A stretch of 64,000 nucleotides of DNA, taken from contig CDMY01000282.1 of assembly GCA_001179505.1 (NCBI GenBank), positions 1 to 64,000 on the forward strand, in the 5' to 3' direction. Positions 24,820 to 36,199 of this stretch are shown here, piece by piece. The notes below the pieces were generated by a model. That model had not been told where the DNA came from, did no database searches, and saw only the letters and a list, made by a program, of their open reading frames with translations. The stretch is from Vitrella brassicaformis CCMP3155 (Eukaryota; Protista; Chromerida). Numbering within the stretch: position 1 is the stretch's first letter; the number at the start of each line of letters is the position of its first letter. The position numbers and the translations under genes are program-made.

Positions 24820-25689
24820 TTACTCGTGAAACTCATACATCTTCTCCTGATATGCACACACACATTTCAATCGCCTTCACACCACAAATCTCACCTTCTC
24901 ACGTCTGCCTGCGATCGCGTGGTTCATCGCCCTCTCGATGCTGTTGCCGTGATCACTGGGCTTGACGGGGACCTCCTGCCGCTGGCCGTTCTGATGCCAC
25001 CTTACTAGCCAAACCTTGTCGCGTTTGTGCCAGAGCACCCCAGGGGTGTGACACACTGGATCTCCCTCCTGCGTCGCCCGCCGCGCGCCAGGCCTGCCTC
25101 CGTGTTGTGGATCTTGCTTGCGGTGTTTGAGCTCAAGCTCTCGCGTGTAGTTCTCGGCAGCTTCCTGAACCAAATGCACACATCTGCGTCCGCGCCTTTC
25201 TCCCCACTCCCTCACGCTAACCCTGGCCCCCTGCTCCCCGAGCAGCTTGATGCTGAAGGACTTGCCGCCTGCGGGTCGCTTGCCGTTGACCCGGGGCGGC
25301 TTCGCCTCCCATGCGTGGTTACCGACATGGTAGCTGCAGTTGGGCACCTGCGATTGGCGTGCTGCCACCTTGATGGTGGTTTTGCCCTCGCTGGGCCCGG
25401 CTGCCGCCTCCCACGTGGGCTCGCTGGCATACTGCGGATTGCCGGCGGGTCGTTTATCCTCCTCGGTCCGCTCGTACGGCAACTCTAACACATCCATCAA
25501 ACCGACGAGGGCAGACATGTATCTCGATGATGTCACTGCACCATCCTGCCTGCTGACCTGTCTTGTGCTCCTGCTTGGCCTTTTTGGTGAGTTTGGCGAG
25601 GTAGTTGTCGATGCCTGCGCGCCTCTTGACGCGCGCGGCGACGCTCGTGTCGAACTTGTCACCATCACCCACGCCACCGCCCTCACCTG
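24820..25689 (-). CDS. ApiAP2-family transcription factor with two AP2-like domains (5' end unresolved)
   Basis: VPNCSYHVGNHAWEAKPPRVNGKRPAGGKSFSIKLLGEQGA.EAAENYTRELE and TPGVLWHKRDKVWLVRWHQNGQRQEVPVKPSDHGNSIERAMNHAIAGR match the ApiAP2 pattern (GV.W....AW..RW....K.FS....G...A...A). Last exon EKMYEFHE*. Confidence 0.7.
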
Positions 25690-25760
25690 CACACACACAT
25701 CCACTGTCAGACATCACCCACAGATGGACTTTTCCTCCGCTTGCGGTGATGTGTCTGCAG

Positions 25761-26226
25761 GCGGAATTGTGGAAGAATGAGGTACTACGGTAAAGAAGGT
25801 GCTATGTGGGGGGAAAATCTATGTCCATGTCTTGTCAGTGGGGTCTGGGGACGATCGCGCTCAGCAAGAAAGAAGAGAAGAAAGCTCGGGGGCTTTTGCA
25901 GGTGCCCGCCAGTGGCCATGTTGGACGGGCGAAAGCAGAGAAGTGGAAGACAAAGGTACGCCAACACGGTCATTGCAAATCATTGCAACAATGTCGCAAT
26001 GACTCCCTCGTCGCAGTTATGGGGCTTCGTCCAGGGTCAGCTTGAGACCATCGTGGCGAATCGGACACAAATGAAGTTGAATGTAAGTGCAAGCAAACGG
26101 CTGGTTGGTCGCGCAATGGGTGATTTGTCGTGTGCGTGTCCTCAGATGCTACTCGAGAGAGTCAAGGAGGGTGCTCTGCGAGAGACATTCCGGCAGCTTC
26201 GCGATATACGACTTCAGAATATATGA
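25761..26226 (+). CDS. Possible small spliced hypothetical ORF, antisense to neighbouring genes
   Basis: Good splice sites (AAAG/gtacgc, tcgcag/TT, GAAT/gtaagt, cctcag/ATG) join WGLGTIALSKKEEKKARG...KWKTK-LWGFVQGQLETIVANRTQMKLN-MLLERVKEGALRETFRQLRDIRLQNI* in frame. No start codon or family identified. Confidence 0.3.
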
Positions 26227-28752
26227 CATGAATCCGTACAAGTGGAGAGACACTCCCGCCAGCAGCGAGTCGAGGCTGATATCGGGACACTTGCCAGACA
26301 CACCCACACCATGGCTGCTGATGTGAGGCAGGTGAGACCTCTCGAATGAGTAGGTGCACACGCCTCCGGGCCCTTCGCGCAGCTGACATTGCCCAGGCAA
26401 GCAACATCTGGGCTCACTCTGTATGTTGGCAGGTCCTGGCTGCGTGAGTGAGTACTTCTATGTGTCCTTGTTGGCGTAGTAGAGACGCCTCAATTGTCGA
26501 GGGCAGGTCCTGTTGGCTCCCTTTCAGAGCTTTTCCCACCTCAGCGTACCTGGAAGACGGGACAGCCACACTCTGGCTCCTTCATCCTCTCCCCTACTTC
26601 TGACGAACCTACCATTTCTCCCTCAGCACAGTGAGTGTGGTCAGTTTGCCGAAGGAATCGGAGCTCATTATGGCATGGTGCACCTTTATCTGACCAAAAC
26701 AATTCAGTGATAATCAAATCGATAACACGACACGCAAGACATGTATGTATGCAGCCTGTACATACCCTTTTCAATGGCTTTTGGAGCGCGTCCGGCCCCG
26801 ATGCGACGACATCAGGGGGCATTGTGGCCCAGCTGATGTTCACACTCGGGTCGCTCAGCAGCACCCACAACACAGTGGACCGAAAGCGGCCGTGCGGGAG
26901 AGCCAGCATGAGGTCGCGGACATGTTGCCAGAAGTGGAGTGAGCGGCTGTTGCACCTCATGGCGAAGAAGCCCGTGTTGATCGGCCCGCCCCCGCCCGCT
27001 TGGAAACATATGTCGTTGCTGCTGAGGCAGGCGGACACCGCCTTAGCCCAGCCTGGGAAAAACTGCATGTCAGTGCATGACATGAATGCGGAGGAGACAT
27101 AATAGACAGCCAGCGGAAACCAGCACCGACCCAAGAGGTCCTTACTCACTCAGTCCCTCACCTGCAGGTCGATGTCGCTACAGACGACGGCGACGTCTGA
27201 CTCACTCTCCTCCTCCCCAGCCATCATGTTGTCTCGCACCACGTCGACCCAGTACTGCGCTTGCTGGTGAATGGCGTTGTACCACCCCGGCGACCGGTAT
27301 GTGGCTGCACCACTGTTGTCGATCAGCTTGGCGTGCACGGGCCGAGACACATTGCTGCCTTTCGGCATGATGGAAGACACAAAACCTGAAAAACAGGAGA
27401 GAGAGGACAGGTCAGTGGATGGCGTCGTTGTGCATGTCTCAACTGTCGTGCTTCCCTTACGCACTTGTCCGGACGAACTGTTGAAACACTTGGCCAAACC
27501 TGCAGCCAGCCGGCACACAGTAAATGAATGGCATGGATCGGACACGTGAGCCGTGTGTCTGTCCATTCTATCTATTCACTTACTTTGTGTCGTTCTGCAG
27601 CGAGAAGACGCTGTACACAGCACGGATGGGTGGCGGCGTGTCTCGCTGCAGAACGACGGGAGACACGGCCTTCATCCGGAAGTCCTCAACCCTCATCCCA
27701 GGCCTCTCCCAGCCTCCTTTGGCCACCAGAGCATGGGATGCGCCACGTCGCAACAGCCAGCATGCATCGTCTCTCAGCTTCCGCACATTTGCCGTCTTGT
27801 CGAGGGACCCCAGCATCAACTCATTCATGTGGTGACGGAGATACCAAGTGGGATAGAACTGACTCTCGACACTTACGCACTCCTACTGGACCAACACGCT
27901 CAGAGCCCCCCGTACCGTACCAATGTCTCGTTGTTGTCTATGTGTGTGCAGTGTACAGTACACTGACTGACCTTTGAGCCTGAGATAGCCTCCACAACAC
28001 GAAAACTCGCCTGAACACGGAAGTCCCTCGGGAACTGCCGCCGCACAGCCGCCTTGTCGTAGAAGCCGAGGCGAACCAGATTGCCCCTCACTGGTCCATA
28101 GAGGAAGAAGCCGGGGTAGAGAACAGACTCGAAGGACACATAGCCCGGCACACCGCTGAGCGCCTCCCTCTGGTGGAAGGAGCAGTGGATGGACTGCTGC
28201 AGCAGCTGGTCACCGAGCAGTGGATGCACGCTGCTGTGTTTGTCCAGGAGGGGTCTGAGGAGTTGCGAGTCGACGAGGAGGACGAAGTCGCTGAGCCTCG
28301 GGCTGAAATGGAAGAGGCAGTGAGCCCTGTCCGACTCGCGCGACCTGCGTCAACACATTCATCACCACAACATGCACACAGACCGCTCGCCCGCCCGCCC
28401 GTGATAGAGTGACGGATGAAGGATGAACCGTGACACCCGTCTTCGGTTGCGGATAGAGCAAGGCTCACCGTGACGGGCCCACGTAGTTGCCGGCCGGCTG
28501 GAAGGTCACCCACCCATCTGCGCCATCGATTGCGGCGGGGTGGGTATTGACATTGTCCCCTGCAGTGCCAGCCATCGAGCCGGTCGCGTTAGGGGGTGTT
28601 GAGGAAGAGGCCTCATTGTCAGGGTGCGGATCTGATTCCAGCAGGAACCTCTGGAGAAACAGCCGGAGAAGCATTATGTTGCCGACCACGACCAGGCTTG
28701 TCAGCGAGAGCAGGAAACCTGCAACAAGAGCCCGAATCTTGCGCTGCTCCAT
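26149..28752 (-). CDS. Type II membrane protein: AbfB/CBM42-like beta-trefoil fused to a nucleotide-diphospho-sugar transferase (GT77-like); 3' end approximate (26149 or about 26415)
   Basis: N-terminal signal anchor IRALVAGFLLSLTSLVVVGNIMLLRLF. AbfB repeats GYVSFESVLYPGFFLY...ASFRVVEAISG and ECVSVESQFYPTWYLRHHMNELML...DDACW. In-frame splicing (NDTK/FGQV...VRTS/FVSS) into YRSPGWYNAIHQQ, VVCSDIDLQFF (DxD), INTGFFAMRCNSRSLHFW and IKVHHA. Confidence 0.75.
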
Positions 28753-28828
28753 TCTCTTCTTTTTGAGACTGAGTGAATTAAGCTCGGTGAGACGCCCCAC
28801 TTAGCCCCCCTCTAAATCGAGAAGCATG

Positions 28829-31800
28829 TCACTTGGCCCAGTAATATTTCCCGACCATACCCTGCGGCACTGTCAGGATGCTGCCGCCCTTGCTGTCTGT
28901 GTCAGCCCCCTTTCTCCCCAGCAGCCCCCTCATCTCCTCACGCACCGCCCCCGTCACACCAGGCACGACACAGCCAATCATCGCCCCCCTCTCTGGCGGC
29001 CTCGCACAGGCGGACCAATGCTGGCCGGTGCGTGGCATGTACTTGAACACTTCCTCCGACCAGACGGGATTGCTCCAGAACTGCTGCTTGACGTCCTGGG
29101 CGAAGCGAACGGGCCTGCCTTTCTGCGCGGCCTTGCGGTAGTGCGTCATCAGGTGCCTTGAACGGATGTGCGCACACAGATACACCGACAGGGCGCCGGC
29201 ATAGTGATCGCTGATGCACACATGCACAGGGACGGAGGGAGGGAGAGAGACAGGGAGAGAGAGGCGATGCGCATCGAAACAGGCGGCAGACTTGGTTATC
29301 ATTGGTGCAGGGCTTACTGGAGTCCGATGATCTGGAAGAAGTTGTGAGTCCCGATGTGCCACTTGTCGGGAAGCCGGGCGGGGCAGCATTGCTGGAACAC
29401 GCTGCGGACGCGGCGGATGAACTCATCCTCGCTGCACCTGCACACAGTACAGTGCGCACCACAACACCTCTCGCACGTATGCATGCGCCCGTAAGCAGCC
29501 CTATCTACTGTCGGTCGTCAGTAGATACCTACTTACTTGTCGGGGTCCATGTCTGGTCCGTGGATGTAGTGGTCGACGATAGAGTACTGCAGGATGGACA
29601 GCCGCTCATGGACGCTGTACGGCACACGCCTACACCCATATTGACACACACCAACATAGAGAGCCATCAATCACCATGATGCTTACGGTGCGTTGGGTGG
29701 CTGGCTGGCTCCATGTACCTACCTGACCAGGTCTTCAGTCATCCTGGCGCCTGTCTCGAGGTGCTGCGCCAGCTCGTCTAACACGCGAGGCTCGCGGACC
29801 AAATGCCTGCGCACACACACACACACACACACGGTTGATCGTCCTCTGTGCTACCTACGTCCGTGTGACCCTTCCCTCACTCTTGCATGACGGCAGCAGT
29901 TTCGATGAGGTCCAGCGGGACAACTTGGGGCGCACGAAGCACACTAAGGATGCCAGCAACATCACCCTGATAGACACAGCACGGCACAGGCAGACATGAA
30001 ACCACACAGTCCGTCCGTCCGTCCGTCGGTCACCTCGTCGGCCCCGAGGGCATCGAATGGACGTCCATTTAAGGGCGTGTGGGGCATGACAGCGGGTTGC
30101 TGCCCCTGCCTGAGCCTTTGCTGCATGGCCTTCATCAGAAACAGGAAGTGCAGACAGTGGCCGAACTCATGCGCCACCTTATCCGATACCTGCATCCACG
30201 GGACACACCAACACAACACACCAACACAGGGATGCGCACATGGATGGTGACACCGGTTGCCTGCCCATTCTGTCTGTTGCTGACTGACTGACCGACCGCA
30301 TGGAAGGGCACTGGCATGGACATAGGTCCCGGCTCGACAGGCGTCTCCACCATGAGCCTCACATGCCCCAGCCCCACCACGTGGCACCCCGCCCCGCCAC
30401 TCCGCTCATCGGCCATGATATCCACATACACGTAGCCCAAGTGGGGGTCGTCATCACTGCCACCTCGGCGGTCCCGGTCCTTCACCGCGTAGATGGCCAC
30501 CTGCTGCGGCCAGCCGTAGTTGTGCCTCGCTGCCGGCACGCGCTCGATGTCGACCTGATAGACGGACTCAAAGATGGCGCGGAGGCGGTCGAAGTAGGTG
30601 TCGTGGGCGAAGTACTGTGCCAGCTCGTGAGTGGTGTCTAGGTGAGAATCCTGATATCAGTGAAGAGAGAGGAAGGAAGGACGCGATCGAGTGAGTGTTG
30701 TTGGTGTCGATCCTCCCCCGCCCAGCCCAGCCCAGCCCACCTTTGCAGCGAAGTGAATCCAATCGTGGAGTTCCATCCGCTGCCCCTTGTCCCCCTTCCC
30801 CTTCCCCTTCCCCCCGCCTGCACCGAGCTCTCGCCTTGCCCTCTCCTCCACCGCCTTGACATGCGGCTGCGCGGCTCTCCACAGCTCCTGATGCAGCGCG
30901 CCAATGCTCTCAGGGGTCTCCACCGTCAGCTTTGCCAGGCTGTAGTCGCGCCAACAAGAGAATCCCAACTCTTTTGCCATGGCTCTGCGGCTCCTGAGGA
31001 CTGCCAGAGTGGCCGCCGCCTCTTCCTTCGGGTCAACCATCTCCAGCATGGCAGTCAGGAGCTTGGCGCGGGTCTCACTGTCACTCACATGCGCCAGGTG
31101 GAACTCGATCTCTTGCCGGGCCACTGGCGCCCTCAACACGTCGGGGTTCCTCACTGAGACGTAAGAGGCCTTCCAGGCATCATCGGCAACATAGTGCGCT
31201 GCAGGAATGTCCACCGCCGCGTTGCCGCAGGCTTTCCTCTCCTGAGCCGCGAGCATCGCCGCCGCCTCATTATGGACGGACAAGAGAGCCGCGGTGCCCT
31301 TGTTGCCCACAGAGAGGAACAAAGCCTCGTTAGCCGTCACAGAGGGGCACCGACTGATGGCCCTCATCACTTCCGCCCTTCTGTCTTTCTCTTGGTTCCG
31401 CGATTGCTCGCTGTCCTTCGAATGGTCCGTGTGGATGGCCTCGACCGAGTCATGGACGAGGCATTCGCACCAGCCAGCCGCTCTAGAGTAGAAACGGCGG
31501 CGCATCGAAGAGCTCGTCATGATATCCAAGCTCTCGAGCGCCGACCACAGGACCGCTGCACGGTTGCACGCACTCTGCAGCCCCGGCAACGTCGACGGGC
31601 TCTGCAGGTACCGGCTGACTAGACGCGCAACATGCCTCTCCTCCCCAGTCGCTTTGTCCTCGGTCAGCTCGCCTTTCGCCTTCATCGCCACCGCTGCCGA
31701 GTGCGTGTCGACCAGCCGCGTGAAGCGCCTCATCAGATCTCTGCGTGCGGCGTTGCACGCCCACCGAGAGAACGCCATCAGGCTGAGCGGCCCCGAAGGA

Positions 31801-31985
31801 AGGATGCCCTTGACCTGCTCGTCCACGAACCGTTGCACTGCGTTGTCTCTCCTCAGCCATCCGGATGTGGCATTCCATTGGCCGATGAGCCATTGCTGCC
31901 TCCGGTATGTCCAGCCGGTGACTCGCCGTCGGAACAGGTTCAAGTACAGACAGGTGTAGGCGATGATCAGGTCCGGGCTCGCCAT
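28829..31985 (-). CDS. Peptidase family M3 (oligopeptidase A / thimet / MIP-like), divergent
   Basis: VAHEFGHCLH zinc motif (HEFGH at 30157-30171). Downstream PLDLIETAAVMQE matches the third-ligand D.VE.PSQ.ME segment. Also RRAMAKELGFSCWRDYSLAKLTVETPE, LGYVYVDIM and HYAGALSVYL. Confidence 0.8.
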
Positions 31986-32155
31986 CGCTCGTCGCTTCCA
32001 AGCTCAAGTGGTTGGAGCGCAGATCCGTCGTTATATCGACTCGAAAAGCACATTGGTGTCGTCCAAGCAGTCTACAAAGCGTTGGAAAGCCCTTCAATGA
32101 ATACCTCGTCGCTGATCTGCAAGCTTAGCTGCGAGCTTGCAGATCACGCATGTGT

Positions 32156-33002
32156 ATGGCGCTACCCGTCCTGCTTCTCGCCGTTGCTGCGGCTATCGAG
32201 GCTCACGCGGTGCGGACGACGGCAAACAACGAGCCGCTCCTCCCCACATCTCAGCCGCTGGGCCCAGACCAGGAGGGAATCAGGCAGCCCGGTTCTCAAA
32301 AAGGTGATGATGATGCTGTAGTTGGTCAGCCCATCGCTGTTCATCGCCGCAACAGCACCACCAAGGCGCAGGGGGAAGGCTTGGCTCCTCCGTCTGAAGG
32401 CCACGCGACCCGTTCGCGCGAGAAGGCCTCCCTTCGGTCATCCGATGCTAGCCGGCTCATTGCTGATAGCGACACAGGTCATCCCCATTCTCGCAGGCGT
32501 GAAGGCGCGTCAGATGGCGGGTCAGATCTGGATGGCGCACTTGAGGGTCACACAGGGAGGCGGCAATCGAGCCTGTCATCGATAATCGACGAGACTGTCG
32601 CGGGCGTGCCCAAGAGTAAGGAGGGAAGACATACAAACAGAGAGGAGTGACGTGAAGGCGGACTGTGTAACACTCTCTCTCCCCTGTGTTGAAATGTCAG
32701 TCCCTGGCGTGTTCGATGCGCTGTGGCACGGCCACACCCTGACGGCGAAACAGCGGCGAATCGTTTTCCTGGTCCTGCTGGATCTTATCGCAATGGGCCT
32801 CTTCCTGGCTTTCGTCCCCTGTGTGCTCGCAATGGTAAGACAGACAGACAGACAGACACGCAGGCAGAGAGAGAGCACGGATGGGTGGGGGATTGGTCTG
32901 GAGGACGCGGTCCTGTGTTGCGGCTGGTTGTGTCTGCAGTCGAAACGGCGGCCACCGACACCACGGGCAGCCATCCACTCGTTGACGCCTGTAGATGAAT
33001 AG
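32156..33002 (+). CDS. Hypothetical type I membrane protein (signal peptide, low-complexity ectodomain, one TM, short tail); 3 exons
   Basis: MALPVLLLAVAAAIEA signal. Spliced VAGVPK-IPGVFDALW...RRIVFLVLLDLIAMGLFLAFVPCVLAM-SKRRPPTP...VDE* with canonical donors (gtaagg, gtaaga). Confidence 0.65.
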
Positions 33003-33629
33003 ACTGCCTGAGTCCTGACTGAAGGCAGGTCTTCCCCACCCTGCCCTGCCTGCCTGCGTGTCTAGATGCTTAGATGGAATGACCGATGTGTAAGAGCGGG
33101 CCTGTGCCGCACTCTCTCCTCTCTTGTCCCGGCTTTGCTGCTGGTATGGTCGTCGCCGAAGGTGGAAGGCCCTATCCACACCTCCCTGAGTTGGCAGGCA
33201 GTCATCGCGTGAGCAGCGAGCCAAGGAAATGGAAGAGAGGTGGGGCGGTGCGGATGGGCTGGGATGGGCGGAATGATGTGTAAGTAAGGTCTTTATCAGT
33301 CAGTGGGGTTGAGGGCTGGGTGTGTGTATGTTATGTTTGGGTATATCAAGGGGCAAGGCAAGGCAAAGAAAGGTATTTGTCTGTACAGTGCGTCTCTCCC
33401 TCCCTCTCTGTCTGTCTGTCTGTCTAGCACGAGCAATGGATGCATCCACGTGTGCATCGTCGTGCTTGTGAATTCATCGGCCGTTCATGTCTGTGTGTGT
33501 GCTGCAAGTGTCTAGAAAGATACATACGGTGAATAGGTGTCTTACACTAGAGATAATGATGGATCGGACCCCTTCCCGCAATTTACAGGGAACTGGAAAC
33601 AAAGCAAAAAAAAGGCAATTTGATGGTAT

Positions 33630-34236
33630 ATGACACTAGTACTGCACGTCCTATTAGTGCTGGTGGGCGTTCTCTTTTGCGGCTGTGAGGGGGTGCCGCT
33701 CACCCGTGGCTTCAGACATCGCGATAGACGATGTGCCGTCGGCGCACAGGCAAGAGCAGAACCATATGCATGCAGATGGGAGAAAGCAGAGACCTGCAGC
33801 GCTGCACGGACGGGCTATCTATCTATCTATGGGGCCCTTGTGTCTGCCCTGCACTGCCTGCAGGAGATCAACGACATGCGTTCCACCCGGCACAACATGA
33901 ATTGGTGCCGGCCCAGCTATCCCTTGTCAAAACAGGTTGGTGGGTCAAAGGGAGGCAGGCACCATGAAAGACGCTCGATAGATGCCTCCTGTCCTGCCAT
34001 CTATCCATCCATCCATCCATGTGTCTGCCACCATTGTGTGTCGTGTCGTGCAGAAGTATCTGGCTCCTAAGTGGCAGCGCGAGTACAAGAAGACCATTGA
34101 GCGGCTCACTACCCTAGGCACGGCTGGGACCTCTAACTTCACCGGGGAGGACCCGACCTATCGCACAAGGCTCATCGGGCCACGCGCACTCCTCTTTGGG
34201 CTGCAGCAGGGGCAGTACTACATTCACCAGCAGTGA
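33630..34236 (+). CDS. Small secreted hypothetical protein (spliced)
   Basis: Signal peptide MTLVLHVLLVLVGVLFCGCEG. Exons EINDMRSTRHNMNWCRPSYPLSKQ and KYLAPKWQREYKK...YYIHQQ* are joined by a GT-AG intron. Confidence 0.5.
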
Positions 34237-34735
34237 GGGAGGGATGGGTGGTGAGTGAGAGGAGGCCGCGTGACAATTGTGGGAGGGCTGGGCAAGGCAG
34301 GGCATGCACCTTCCCTTTCTCACCCGCCCGAGGTTGTGCTCTTTTCCGCTTTTTTGCTGAATATTCGTGGGTTGGGGGACGTCGGTGGGGAGAAATAAGG
34401 CTCCTCTGCTCAACAGCGGCATGAGTGGTGGACCCTGTTTCTGATGAATCGGGTGTGGATGTGATGTGCGTCAGTTCCGTGGGTGCCGTGTTTAGTCTTT
34501 ATCTGAGCTGCCTTGCCCAACAACGCATTTTTCGGTCACGGCTGCGTGTGTCATGGCAACAAGTCAACCACAGACACACATGTGTCACTGATGTGTCATG
34601 ACAGTGCTGCGTCGCCAAAGCGATAGTAAACAAACGGATGGCTGCATGACATGAAGACAAAAGATGGCACCACATGCACACCTACCTTGCCACGTATACG
34701 TGTGTATACACAACTCTCTCGATGCTCTCTCGACC

Positions 34736-35035
34736 NNNNNNNNNNNNNNNNNNNNNNNNNNNNNNNNNNNNNNNNNNNNNNNNNNNNNNNNNNNNNNNNN
34801 NNNNNNNNNNNNNNNNNNNNNNNNNNNNNNNNNNNNNNNNNNNNNNNNNNNNNNNNNNNNNNNNNNNNNNNNNNNNNNNNNNNNNNNNNNNNNNNNNNNN
34901 NNNNNNNNNNNNNNNNNNNNNNNNNNNNNNNNNNNNNNNNNNNNNNNNNNNNNNNNNNNNNNNNNNNNNNNNNNNNNNNNNNNNNNNNNNNNNNNNNNNN
35001 NNNNNNNNNNNNNNNNNNNNNNNNNNNNNNNNNNN
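34736..35035. other. Assembly gap (300 N)
   Basis: Run of N followed by poly-C. Confidence 1.
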
Positions 35036-36199
35036 CCCCCCCCTCCCTGGTGACAAAAAGAGCTAGGTGTCACATTCATTACATACTCACACTCATTGCA
35101 GAGTAGCATTAGGAGGCAAGAAGAAGAGCAAGCCAGATAAATAGAGCAGGCAGTCACAGTCATGTCAGCACCGCACCCATGCACTCAGGCAGGCAGGCAG
35201 GCAGGTAGGAAGTCAGTCGCGTCTCTCAGCTCTAGTTATTTACACACCTTCATGCCCACACCAACATGCTCTCGTGCTCTGCCACATGCACAGGTAGAGA
35301 AGACTACACACACGTACCCTCACTCCCTCCTCCCTCACCCACATCTATGGACCTCCCCTCTCTCCCTCCCTCCCTCCCTCTCATCGTGTTGTCTCTCGTC
35401 GGGTTGGCTGTCTCGCTCGGTCGCTCGCCGTGAGGGGCGTTGCCTTTGGCGGGAGGTCCCCATCACGTGGTACACGTATTCGTATGCACACTCAGACAGA
35501 CAGACAGACAGCGATCGTCGCTCGATCAGACATTCAGGCAGAACGACCACTTCACTGCAGGCAGAAGACAGGCAGACAGACAGAGAGAGAGGTCAGCACA
35601 GGAGCACAGGCAAGTGAGAGTAGTGGTGGTGACCCCAGTAGGGCATGGGATGGATGGATGGGTGCCCGACGATGTGTGAGGGTGATGTGAGCGATGGACG
35701 GACGAGAGGAAGATGCAGTCAGTCAGTCAGTCAGCGCAAAACAGAGTAATCATCACTGGCCCGCAAAACAACGAGGGGAGAACCAAGCCTGCCTGCACAC
35801 GAACTCTGTGTATGTGTGTGTGTGTGTATGTGAGGCGATGGGACGGGAGGGGAGGGGAGGTGGGGCAAAATCGACGAATCAGTCTAGTCAACCTGTCTGT
35901 CTGCCAGCCTAGCGACTAGTCTCCCACGATCAATCAAGCACTCAAGGACTTGCCTCCTTGCCTTCCTCCCCTCTCCTCTCCTCCCCTCCCCTCCCTCCCT
36001 CGCTCTCAAGCAAGACCCAAATCCCACTCGCTAACCCCTTCCGCCACACCATCCATCCCCCGCCCTGCCCCCTTCCCTTCCTCTCTGTACACGCACGCAC
36101 CAAGCGTGCAGCGAGTGCGGCAGTGCGGCAGGCAGCAGCTAAGTGCAAACTAGCAAATTCGATGATGTTAATCCACCTCTATCTATTCGACTCGGGAGG

